Shown: positions 20,693-28,003 of the stretch, one piece after another
Layout: every line of letters begins with the position of its first letter
Numbering within the stretch: position 1 is the first letter of the stretch
NCBI GenBank assembly: GCA_965223865.1
Contig: OZ245020.1
Coordinates: 1,248,001-1,312,000, forward strand
DNA length: 64,000 nt
DNA from: Nitrosarchaeum sp.
GTDB lineage: Archaea > Thermoproteota > Nitrososphaeria > Nitrososphaerales > Nitrosopumilaceae
Direction: 5' to 3'
The notes under the pieces: model-generated
What the model saw: only the letters and a program-made list of their open reading frames with translations
What the model was told of the DNA's origin: nothing
The model's database searches: none
Translations under genes and position numbers: made by a program

Positions 20693-20947
20693 AATTCAAT
20701 ATATGTTATAAAGCAGGTTGTAGAATCAATTATTCATGCTACTTTTATGAGACCATGTTTAACCTAAAACTATAACATGGCAATAGCCACTATTTTTTTT
20801 ATCATTTTTTCATAAATCTTCTAATTTTTGAATTAACTGCAAGAAGTAATGAGGGATAGCAATACAGTCTTTTCTATGTTTTGAGAATTTTTCCTCAAAT
20901 TACTTTATTACCTACAATTTTATCATATTGCTCAAAAAGTGAAATAA

Positions 20948-21154
20948 ATGACTGAATGCCCAACCTGTAAACTATCCATGGAGTCTCATTCAACTTCGGA
21001 TTTAATGGAGTGCTGCATGAAACAGATTGGAGATGAATTTTCTGCAGAAACTAGTGGAATTTGTCCTAATTGTAAGCATGAGATAAAAAAACATTCTGAC
21101 AAAGAACTAGCAGAGTGTACAATTGCATATCTAAAGTCAGGAATTGGAAATTAG
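20948..21154 (+). CDS. Small protein with two internal CPxC-x5-HS-x3-L-x-EC repeats
   Basis: CPTCKLSMESHSTSDLMEC and CPNCKHEIKKHSDKELAEC. Confidence 0.75.
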   Translation: MTECPTCKLSMESHSTSDLMECCMKQIGDEFSAETSGICPNCKHEIKKHSDKELAECTIAYLKSGIGN

Positions 21155-21278
21155 GACAATACATGAACAAAAAAATCAATGAGTCACCTTGCTAATTTAA
21201 TTGAATAATTTTTAGGATAAAAAAATTTAGTAAATATACAATGATGATCTAAAATACTAGAAAAAAAATAAACACTTA

Positions 21279-21620
21279 ATGTCAGAAAACAAGCGACGCT
21301 TTAGAAAATTCTCAAAAAGAACAAAACCACTAACGATAGAGGACAGGATTAAGAATTTTATTTTGCGGAATTCCAAAAACGGATTTTACACTAGAATATC
21401 TACTCTTTCATACAAATTTGAAATACCTCAGGACCGAGCATGGGAAATAGCTGGAGGCCTTCTTGCAGATGGAACTTTGGAATCTATCCATGATGAACGG
21501 TCTGGGGAAATGAAACTTTGTGAATCTGGAAAAATCTACGAGATCTTAAATCAAGAACAAAAAAGAAAAACACAAAAATCCATAGAATTTAGAAAAAATA
21601 AAAACCAAAAATCAAAATAG
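21279..21620 (+). CDS. Basic hypothetical protein, possibly winged helix
   Basis: ORF composition. Confidence 0.6.
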   Translation: MSENKRRFRKFSKRTKPLTIEDRIKNFILRNSKNGFYTRISTLSYKFEIPQDRAWEIAGGLLADGTLESIHDERSGEMKLCESGKIYEILNQEQKRKTQKSIEFRKNKNQKSK

Positions 21621-21674
21621 CACTGGAAATCTTTGATGATGATTCTTTAAATTACCCATATCCAGACAATCATT

Positions 21675-22094
21675 GTGAAAAGAATTCTAGTGGCATTAGA
21701 TGGTTCAAAAAATTCATTCAGAGGACTCACAAAGGCCATTGAAATAGCTAAACAAGATCAATCAAAAATAATTGGACTAAATGTAGTGGAATTACCTCAA
21801 TCATATTTTGTAACTAGACCTAAAACTCAAATGAAACAAGTATTGGCAAACGCATCAAAAAAAATACTAGAAGAAGCAAAAAGAAAATGTGTCAAAGCAG
21901 GAGTAGATTTTGAGTCTAAAATGATTCCTGGAGGAGATACAGGGTATGATATTGTAAAATACTCTAAAAAACATAAAATCCATACAATTGTCATTGGAGC
22001 AAGAGGATTGAATCCTCTAAAAGAAATGGTTCTTGGAAGCGTTTCTAATTATGTTTTACATAAATCAAAGATTCCGGTTCTTATCGTTAAATAG
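21675..22094 (+). CDS. Universal stress protein
   Basis: ILVALDGS, IVIGARG, LGSVSNYVLH...PVLIVK. Confidence 0.92.
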   Translation: MKRILVALDGSKNSFRGLTKAIEIAKQDQSKIIGLNVVELPQSYFVTRPKTQMKQVLANASKKILEEAKRKCVKAGVDFESKMIPGGDTGYDIVKYSKKHKIHTIVIGARGLNPLKEMVLGSVSNYVLHKSKIPVLIVK

Positions 22095-22146
22095 AACTAT
22101 CAAAAATAATCACAAGTCTTAATTTTGTAAAAAATTAACAAATTTT

Positions 22147-22257
22147 ATGAATACTGCCCCATATTGGAACAAGAAAGTTTGTTCTGATTGTAAAAGAATG
22201 AAATGTCAAAAAGGATGCTTGTGTGATTGCCATCAGCTTAGAGACAGGCCATACTAG
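22147..22257 (+). CDS. 36-aa Cys-rich microprotein
   Basis: Manual translation MNTAPYWNKKVCSDCKRMKCQKGCLCDCHQLRDRPY; TATA-like cttaatt about 25 nt upstream. Confidence 0.6.
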   Translation: MNTAPYWNKKVCSDCKRMKCQKGCLCDCHQLRDRPY

Positions 22258-22291
22258 AAACCATTAATTTAATTGAAAATCTTAACTAGTT

Positions 22292-22384
22292 ATGGATGAA
22301 GGTCAAATCTTGGTCCCATTATTGATAGTTTTTGCTGTGGGAATTTTTGTAGGAAGTAGAATATGGATTATGTTTAGAAAATAA
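22292..22384 (+). CDS. 30-aa single-TM microprotein
   Basis: MDEGQILVPLLIVFAVGIFVGSRIWIMFRK; TATA-like element upstream. Confidence 0.55.
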   Translation: MDEGQILVPLLIVFAVGIFVGSRIWIMFRK

Positions 22385-22422
22385 CAAAACTCTTAATTTT
22401 ATTTCCTTTTTAAAAGAAAATT

Positions 22423-22512
22423 GTGTCTGAAGATGAGAATTTACCTGCACAATGCCATCCTGTAATAAAACCTAAAAAGAAAAAAATTTCTAAAGAAAAA
22501 CCTGACGAGTAA
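22423..22512 (+). CDS. 29-aa basic microprotein
   Basis: GTG start, MSEDENLPAQCHPVIKPKKKKISKEKPDE; cttaatt about 25 nt upstream. Confidence 0.4.
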   Translation: MSEDENLPAQCHPVIKPKKKKISKEKPDE

Positions 22513-22882
22513 TTTTTCAGAAAAAAAGAATTGAAGCTAGTAGAATCTTAGAATTGCTTTAAAGTGGATTGTATAAAAGATTGGTAAAAATTAACAGTGG
22601 ATTTGATAATAAACACAAAACGATCTCAAGAAAATGAAAAAGAACTATACAAAAGAAATATCGATTAAATTACTAAAAAATCATTAGAGGATTTGATGGG
22701 CAGTCACATTGGATAGAATTATCAAGTGTCTTTGGATTTTACAAAAAATTAGAATTTGCGCTAAAACCAGTCCCAAAAAAGCATTCTAAAAGAATTCATC
22801 TTTTTTGATCTTACTTTGAACTAGAGAAAACATATATAATCTTAATCAATACCCTTAATTTTGCAAACCCTTTAGAAAATCA

Positions 22883-23029
22883 ATGAAACAATGCAAACTT
22901 TGTGGAACTCCTTTGGGAAAAGAACCTAGTACATTGGAGCTAGAATCCCACTGGAAAAAACATCATAACTGGCATTGGGAAGACAATCGAGAAAAAACTC
23001 CAGAAGAAGCTATTCTTAAAAAAAGATAA
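22883..23029 (+). CDS. 48-aa C2H2-like microprotein
   Basis: MKQCKLCG...LESHWKKHHNWHW...; cttaatt upstream. Confidence 0.7.
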   Translation: MKQCKLCGTPLGKEPSTLELESHWKKHHNWHWEDNREKTPEEAILKKR

Positions 23030-23037
23030 TCTTGTGT

Positions 23038-23103
23038 AAAAAAATGACGTCTTGGAATAGCAGTCGTTTATAGCATGCCTAGACCGCTACACGAAGGCGT
23101 CAA
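23038..23103 (-). ncRNA. Candidate structured small RNA (hairpin element B)
   Basis: Minus strand: TTTTATAA box about 20 nt upstream, nested stems, T-run immediately 3-prime; motif shared with 51988-52080. Confidence 0.5.
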
Positions 23104-23355
23104 TAACAGTCATATTTTGCATTATAAAACCAGGATCAAAAAAATTCTAAACATTTGTTTAATTAATTAAAAAAATTAAAACTAATTTTTAGAATATGCT
23201 TAATCATTGATTGTTTGCAATCTTATCTAATATTAGAAAAAATGTCTCGGTGTAATTTTTTCTTATATAACACTGAATTTTTTAATATTATTTTCACCCA
23301 AAAACTGTGAAAAATTTAACTGTTAAAGTATAATACAAAATTTTGTATTTGAAGC

Positions 23356-23589
23356 ATGTCCGAAATTGAAGCCTATGACCTAAAGGCTCGAAAAAAAGTA
23401 TCGATGAAAAACCCTCAACCCTACTTGATGAAAAATGGGACATGGGCACTAAAAGGTATTAGCTCAGAAACAGGAATTGCCTTGTTTAAGATAGTTGGAA
23501 AGACACCTCCCTCGATTTTACCTTCTCGAACTCAGTGGATTAAAAACCTCTTTACAAGCAGACGTTGTGAATGCGATAAATTATGTTAG
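23356..23589 (+). CDS. DUF5679-like small basic protein (core lacks the Cys pairs)
   Basis: EAYDLKARKKVSMKNPQ..MKNG..ALKG.SSETG..LFKIVG. Confidence 0.65.
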   Translation: MSEIEAYDLKARKKVSMKNPQPYLMKNGTWALKGISSETGIALFKIVGKTPPSILPSRTQWIKNLFTSRRCECDKLC

Positions 23590-23666
23590 ATTCTTTTCTC
23601 TATCTATTATCAAATAAAGAAATCAAAGCAAGATCTTAAGTATTGATTGAACCTGTAATTTTTTTA

Positions 23667-23789
23667 ATGAGCGATGATCCTTTTTGTCATTGTGGTTCAT
23701 GTGGCCATGAAAAATTAGAAGAGTGTTACTCAAAACAATGTCCTTGTTGTTTAACTGATCATCCAGGGGCTTTTGGAAAAAATAGATGA
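23667..23789 (+). CDS. 40-aa Cys/His-rich metallothionein-like microprotein
   Basis: MSDDPFCHCGSCGHEKLEECYSKQCPCCLTDHPGAFGKNR. Confidence 0.65.
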   Translation: MSDDPFCHCGSCGHEKLEECYSKQCPCCLTDHPGAFGKNR

Positions 23790-23790
23790 T

Positions 23791-24144
23791 CTAACTAATT
23801 CTCTTGTATGTCTGATGAAATTCTGTACATATAGTATAAGCAATGTCTTGAAGATGAAAGACATCCGAGATGTTCTTTTTTCCTTTTGAAATACTGCGCA
23901 TGATTGTCATACACTTTGTATTTTTCAGAGAGTCTGGCTCTTCGTCCTGAGTCCAAACGTGAAAGCAATCTTCAAAATCAAGACAGAATTTTAAAATAAT
24001 TACTTCCCAATCCTCAGAGGTTTTTGGTATGTTCATTGTTTCAGCTAATTCTCCAAACTCATTTCTCCTATCTCGGAGTAGCAGATTCAGAGTCTCTCTA
24101 ACCAACTTTGGATCATATCCATCAATTAAACCAATTCTGTCCAT
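23791..24144 (-). CDS. Hypothetical protein
   Basis: ORF only. Confidence 0.65.
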   Translation of the reverse strand: MDRIGLIDGYDPKLVRETLNLLLRDRRNEFGELAETMNIPKTSEDWEVIILKFCLDFEDCFHVWTQDEEPDSLKNTKCMTIMRSISKGKKNISDVFHLQDIAYTICTEFHQTYKRIS

Positions 24145-24163
24145 GAATCCAATTGTTCTTTAG

Positions 24164-25090
24164 ATGTTAAAAAGAATAGTGTTATTTTCCGCCTTGAAAA
24201 AGATTCTCAATGTTGGAGAAAGTAAATGTAAAATTAAATTAGATGTAAAAAAAACTGGAACCATAGCCCCTAGAAAATTCTTTATCTACAAAGCAGATGG
24301 TAGCAAAGTTCCATTCAATGAAAACAAAATTCTTAGCACATGTATGAGAGCAGGTGCAAGCAGAAAAACCGCAAAACGAATTTTGAAAAAGGTTAGATCA
24401 GAGGTATATCGTGATATGACATCAAACGCTATCTACAAAAAAGTATTGCATGCTATATCTCAAGAAAAAGACCTCAAAGCTCTTCATCAGAGATATCAAT
24501 TAAAAGACGCCATAATGAGAATGGGTCCTGCTGGATTTACCTTTGAAAATTATGTTGCCTCCTTATTGGAGTATTATGATTATCAGGTTACAGGTATTAG
24601 ATCAAAAATAAATGGAAAATGCACGTCCCATGAGATTGACCTAATATGTATGAAAGATACTAGAAAATTTTTGGTCGAATGCAAATATCACTCTAGCCAT
24701 GGAGTATACACTGGATTAAAAGTATCATTGTATACTCATGCAAGATTTCTTGATACTGTTCCGAAATTTTCAGGAGAGATAATATTTTGCAACACCAAAA
24801 TTTCAAAAAATGCAAAAAAATATGCTAAATGTATAGGACAGCAAATTTTCTCTTGGAGATACCCTGCATCGAATAGTTTGGAGAAAATAATTGAGAAACA
24901 CAATCTATATCCGATCACCATTCTAAACTTGACACAAAATGAGTTGAAGATATTTTCTGAAAGCAATATCATGGTTGCAAAAGATCTACTAAGGTATGAT
25001 GAGACCAAAATTTCAAGAATGACTGAAATTTCTAAAAAAAGAATCAGTAATTTACAAAAATTAGTAGAGCAAATTTTTCATCCACGATAG
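24164..25090 (+). CDS. ATP-cone plus Mrr-like PD-(D/E)xK endonuclease domain protein; start uncertain
   Basis: IYKADGSKVPFNENKI (ATP cone); GFTFE, HEIDL, LVECKYH. Confidence 0.85.
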   Translation: MLKRIVLFSALKKILNVGESKCKIKLDVKKTGTIAPRKFFIYKADGSKVPFNENKILSTCMRAGASRKTAKRILKKVRSEVYRDMTSNAIYKKVLHAISQEKDLKALHQRYQLKDAIMRMGPAGFTFENYVASLLEYYDYQVTGIRSKINGKCTSHEIDLICMKDTRKFLVECKYHSSHGVYTGLKVSLYTHARFLDTVPKFSGEIIFCNTKISKNAKKYAKCIGQQIFSWRYPASNSLEKIIEKHNLYPITILNLTQNELKIFSESNIMVAKDLLRYDETKISRMTEISKKRISNLQKLVEQIFHPR

Positions 25091-25143
25091 ATTGATTAAT
25101 TTTTAATTGAAGCTATTAATTTGAGACTCTCTCAAAACTTTTC

Positions 25144-25611
25144 ATGTCTTTTGAAATTCAGTGGCATGGAAACTTTTATGGAATTTCTTGGGCGTATGAA
25201 AAAGACAGACTCGTTATATCGACTGTATTTGAAGATAAAAATGAAGCAATAGAGTTGGCAAAAGAAGTAGATGATTGGAGTGAAAAATTTACTCGATTAA
25301 CCATTATTGAAAAAAACAATGGTGAATATGCAATTTGTTGCTATCAAGATCCCCAAATTTCAAAGACTAAAAATATTGGGTTGTATAGAAGTGGAATGCC
25401 TCAAGCGGGGGGCTATGAAAATGCAAAACCTATGCTTAAAGAAAAATCTCCTTTGTTACAGATAGCCTATGCAGCTGATGTTCGAGATATGCAAACATAT
25501 GAGCAAATTTCACGCCTAATCCCTCTAAGAAAATGCAGAATTATCTCAGAAAATGATCTAAAAAAACAAGAATTTTTTTATGAAAAAAAGGCTGAAAATT
25601 CTCAACCATAA
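25144..25611 (+). CDS. Hypothetical protein
   Basis: ORF only. Confidence 0.65.
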   Translation: MSFEIQWHGNFYGISWAYEKDRLVISTVFEDKNEAIELAKEVDDWSEKFTRLTIIEKNNGEYAICCYQDPQISKTKNIGLYRSGMPQAGGYENAKPMLKEKSPLLQIAYAADVRDMQTYEQISRLIPLRKCRIISENDLKKQEFFYEKKAENSQP

Positions 25612-26218
25612 TATTTCTCTAAAATAAGTTTGACCTGAGTATCTGAAACCTGAGAAAAATCTTCATAGAGCTGCCCAACAGCAGAAAAATCATCTGGAAT
25701 TAATAATACAATAATTTCATCTACAAAGTTTTTCAGTTTTTTTAAAGTATAAGGAGGCATTACAGGTACAGATAAAATAATTTTTTTCGTTCTTTGTTTT
25801 TTTATCCAATTTAGAATAGCAAAAACAGTAGAGCCTGTTGCGATTCCGTCGTCGACTAGTATGATGCATTTATCTTCAAGAAAATACATGTCATCTCCTC
25901 GATATTCTTTAATTCTTCTTTTTACTTCTTCTTTTTTTGTTTTAATTCATCTTCAAATCTTGGATCATCACAAAATTTTGACCAGTATTCACTTTGGTAT
26001 AGTGTTCCATCATGCATTATAGCCCCTATGGCATACTCTGAATGATCCGGTGGAGTAATTTTTTTTGAAATAATCACATCTAAATCACATCCTATTTTCT
26101 GTGCAATAATATCTCCTAAAATCACGCCACCTCTAGGAATTGCAAGAATTAGTGAATTTTGGTAATGTGGAATTTTTTCTGCTAATTTTTTTCCTGCATC
26201 TACTCTACTTTCAAACAC
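25602..26218 (-). pseudogene. Type I phosphoribosyltransferase split by a -1 frameshift in an A7 run (25932-25938)
   Basis: N-half FESRVDAGKKLA..LAIPRGG; C-half ILVDDGIATGST; the halves join as KQKKEEVKRRIKEYRG if one A is added. Confidence 0.8.
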
Positions 26219-26317
26219 ATTAGGTTTTGGAGATTATGATATTATTGTTTACATCTCCAAATTTTCAATTTTTAAAATCATCAATTTATTTAAATTTCAT
26301 GAATGCAAATAATAATT

Positions 26318-26399
26318 GAGATACAAGGCCTTAACTCTTACGGGGGTAGTGGTTTGCATGTTACGTCCTATTGTGCGAATGAAAAAGGCTTTGCATCTC
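26318..26399 (+). ncRNA. Candidate structured element (hairpin C)
   Basis: 15-bp imperfect terminal stem gagatacaaggcctt/aaggctttgcatctc; TATA-like tttaaat about 25 nt upstream. Confidence 0.35.
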
Positions 26400-26468
26400 T
26401 TCGAATTTTCTATTTTTGGCTGAGTGTAATTCAAATTATTTGCTCAATGAATGTTATTGAATAATAAC

Positions 26469-26506
26469 ATGGACAGATTCAATGTCTAAGAATTGAATCC
26501 GTCCAT
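26469..26506. repeat. 15-bp inverted repeat with 8-nt loop (hairpin D)
   Basis: atggacagattcaat / attgaatccgtccat, one mismatch (G-U on the minus strand). Confidence 0.7.
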
Positions 26507-26754
26507 ATATGGTCGGGTATGCATTCTATTGAAAATATAATAAAAAGAATCACTACTAATTTGATCATTGAATTCTTGCTGATAAATCGTTCATTAGAGT
26601 TTTAAACAAATTTTGTAAAATCGTACCATGAATGATAACACTGAATCGACATGGGAAGATGTAATTGGCCTTTCTTGGTTGATCTCTGAGGAATAATTCG
26701 AGAATCTAATTTTCATATGGAATTCTTTAATTTGACTCAATTTGTACCAAGTTT

Positions 26755-26955
26755 GTGCCTGAGAAAATAGAATGTCAATGTAGCAAATGTAAATGTTCTG
26801 AAGAATTTGAATCAATAGACAGAGAGCTGTTGTTAAATCTAATCACTCATGGCAGAGTAGATAAAAAAAGAGCGGAATATCTTAAAAGTAGGGTAGGAAG
26901 TAATCTCTGCAAAAATTGCTTTAGTGGAAAACACACTAAAGTAAGCACAGAATAA
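26755..26955 (+). CDS. Small Cys-rich protein
   Basis: CQCSKCKC ... CKNCFSGKH. Confidence 0.65.
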   Translation: MPEKIECQCSKCKCSEEFESIDRELLLNLITHGRVDKKRAEYLKSRVGSNLCKNCFSGKHTKVSTE

Positions 26956-27135
26956 AGTCAGAAAAAATTAGATTTATGATAATTTGAGAATTAGTTATTG
27001 ATTTTAATATTTTGTGGACATTAATTCTCAAATATCAAACACATTACACCTAAAACAAATTTATGGTCTCAATTAAGTGGTAATTTCAATTAATGAAAAT
27101 TGGTTTTACTGTTAATATTGAACTAGAGAAATTTT

Positions 27136-27558
27136 TTGGACATGGATATGAACAAAATTCTTGTGCCAATAGACGGCTCAAAAAAATCTTTTGAAGCATT
27201 AGATCGTGCTTTAACACTTGCAGGTTTTACTCATGGAGAAGTGACTTGCGTTCATGTAATTCCTCATGTTCAGGAGGGTGGACTACGAACAAAAACCTTT
27301 GATAAACACTTGAAAGAAGATGCAGAAATTGTTTTAAAAAAGGCACAAAAACGCGCTGGAAACAAAAATGTAAAGCTTAAAACCAGGATTCTCCGAGGTT
27401 CTCCCAGTCACGAAACATTAACTATTGCTAAAAACGGAAAGTTTGATCATATTGTAATGAGTACAACAGGAAGTGGATCTGCAAAAGGAGATATGTTAGG
27501 AAGTGTATCTAATCACATTCTTCATAAATCAAAAATACCTGTGTATCTGATCAAATGA
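27136..27558 (+). CDS. Universal stress protein
   Basis: ILVPIDGS, LGSVSNHILH..IPVYLIK. Confidence 0.92.
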   Translation: MDMDMNKILVPIDGSKKSFEALDRALTLAGFTHGEVTCVHVIPHVQEGGLRTKTFDKHLKEDAEIVLKKAQKRAGNKNVKLKTRILRGSPSHETLTIAKNGKFDHIVMSTTGSGSAKGDMLGSVSNHILHKSKIPVYLIK

Positions 27559-27794
27559 CTCTTTTCAGTTCAAAAAATAATTGTACTCAATGCGATGAAA
27601 AATTCTCAAATCATGATGAATTAGTAAAACATGTTCGTAAATTACATCACCGTACAATAGTAAAGTGTACTGAGTGTGGCAGAGAATTCATTCATGAAAA
27701 GCACAGACTAGAACACTTTAGAAAAGAGCACAAAGAAAAGAAAATGAAGGATAGAACCTTCAAAAGTCTGTTTAAACATCAGAGAAAGTCCTGA
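27555..27794 (+). CDS. Tandem C2H2 zinc-finger protein
   Basis: CTQC...LVKHVRKLH and CTEC...LEHFRKEH. Confidence 0.8.
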   Translation: MTLFSSKNNCTQCDEKFSNHDELVKHVRKLHHRTIVKCTECGREFIHEKHRLEHFRKEHKEKKMKDRTFKSLFKHQRKS

Positions 27795-27873
27795 AGTAGT
27801 GAATTACATACCTCACATAAGTCAACATAAAACATACGCCAATAGTTTAATCATTTACACGTTAATTACTTTC

Positions 27874-27966
27874 ATGGAATTACAATGTGGTTGTATCGTA
27901 GATGAGATAGGAGGAATTCTTTTAGCTGAATGTAAGGAACACAAAAAGGCCAATTTTAGGCACTAA
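27874..27966 (+). CDS. 30-aa CGC-x12-CKxH microprotein
   Basis: MELQCGCIVDEIGGILLAECKEHKKANFRH; tttaat about 25 nt upstream; paralog at 62515. Confidence 0.65.
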   Translation: MELQCGCIVDEIGGILLAECKEHKKANFRH

Positions 27967-28003
27967 TTTTTTTATTTTATAAAACAATCCCTAAGAACTT
28001 GAT

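Noticed and set aside
20509-20775. 88-aa + strand ORF
   Set aside because: Overlaps the better-supported zinc-ribbon gene on the opposite strand
22597-22810. Coding-like fragments in several frames
   Set aside because: Interrupted by stops with no recognisable family; at most a decayed gene
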